Shown one piece after another: positions 63,301 through 64,000 of a stretch of DNA of 64,000 nt. The number at the start of each line of letters is the position of its first letter. Positions within the stretch are counted from its first letter, which is position 1. Origin of the DNA: Malacoraja senta (Eukaryota); assembly GCA_038087875.1 (NCBI GenBank), contig JAXLNO010000666.1, forward strand, positions 1-64,000. Reading direction: 5' to 3'. The position numbers were made by a program, and so were the translations under genes. The notes beneath the pieces were generated by a model. The model was not told the origin of the DNA. It was given only the letters and a program-made list of their open reading frames with translations, and ran no database searches.

Positions 63301-64000
63301 TAAAACAAGGGAAATCACATATATGGTTGAAACTAGATAAAACAATTGGAATAACTGGAAAAGATATATATCTATGTGCCGCCTACATACCCCCAATAGA
63401 ATCGCCATATTTTGAAGAGGATATATTTGAAACGCTCCACATGGAAATCAATCATTTCCAGGCCCAGGGAAATGTGCTACTATGTGGGGACCTGAATGCA
63501 AGGACCGGATGTGAACCCGATTCCATAGACCCACAGGGCAACAACCATGTGTTCGGTCAAACCCCCTTGTATGTCACACCAACTATCATTAACCGGAACA
63601 ACCTGGACTGTGAAATAAATAAAAGTGGTAGAGAGGTAGTGCATCTCTGTCGAGCCTTGGGCCTGTACATAGTTAATGGTAGGCTCAGAGGGGACTCGAT
63701 GGGAAGGTTTACATATTCCTCAGCTCTTGGGTCTAGCATGGTAGACTACGCAATTACTGACATAGAACCCTGCACTATCAGTGCATTCACTGTTAGGAAG
63801 CAGTCCCCTCTTTCAGACCATAGTCAAATCAATGTGTACCTAAAATTTCCTCTTCAAACTAAAGATGAAAAAAAGGAACCAAGTAAGCTGTATAAACTAA
63901 ATCAGACTTACAGATGGGCTTCAGATAGTGGAGATAAATTCATCGTGGCCCTGAATTCACCTGATCTCACAAATAAAATATTGAAATTCAAGACAAACCC
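60343..64000 (+). mobile_element. 5'-intact two-ORF LINE (RTE-X or L2/CR1 group): 5'UTR, ORF1 (coiled coil + SGNH esterase) and ORF2 APE endonuclease running off the window
   Basis: Starts CAAGATGGCGGC. ORF1 61004-62706 (LLTDSNG, IHTGTND, DGIHLN). ORF2 from ATG 63022 (WNIQGL, LTETW, YIPP, GDLNARTG, VDY, SDH). Each ORF is broken once, at a homopolymer run. Confidence 0.88.

Overview
Vertebrate genomic DNA, most likely from a cartilaginous fish (skate/ray type). This is inferred from the repeat content: HE1-like tRNA SINEs, HER1/CR1 LINEs and Penelope remnants. One intact 10-exon protein-coding gene lies on the + strand (6645-46929). It is an OCTN-type organic cation/carnitine transporter (SLC22A5/SLC22A4 subfamily) of 558 aa, reconstructed by hand, with all GT-AG introns. 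Most of the rest is transposon-derived: CR1 LINEs (three long copies), L1, Rex1, RTE-X-like LINEs, an IR/DR Tc1, PIF/Harbinger MITEs and relics, hAT-like elements, Helitrons and SINEs. Four things stand out. (1) A ~128-codon stop-free copper amine oxidase (AOC) fragment lies antisense in intron 3 and is split by a 9-bp-TSD DNA transposon. (2) Many short palindromic Penelope-derived insertions carry minimal hammerhead-ribozyme-like cores. (3) CR1 copies show twin-priming-type 5' inversions. (4) A Helitron carries a Harbinger transposase fragment. All family calls come from motif recognition by eye; no database search was run.
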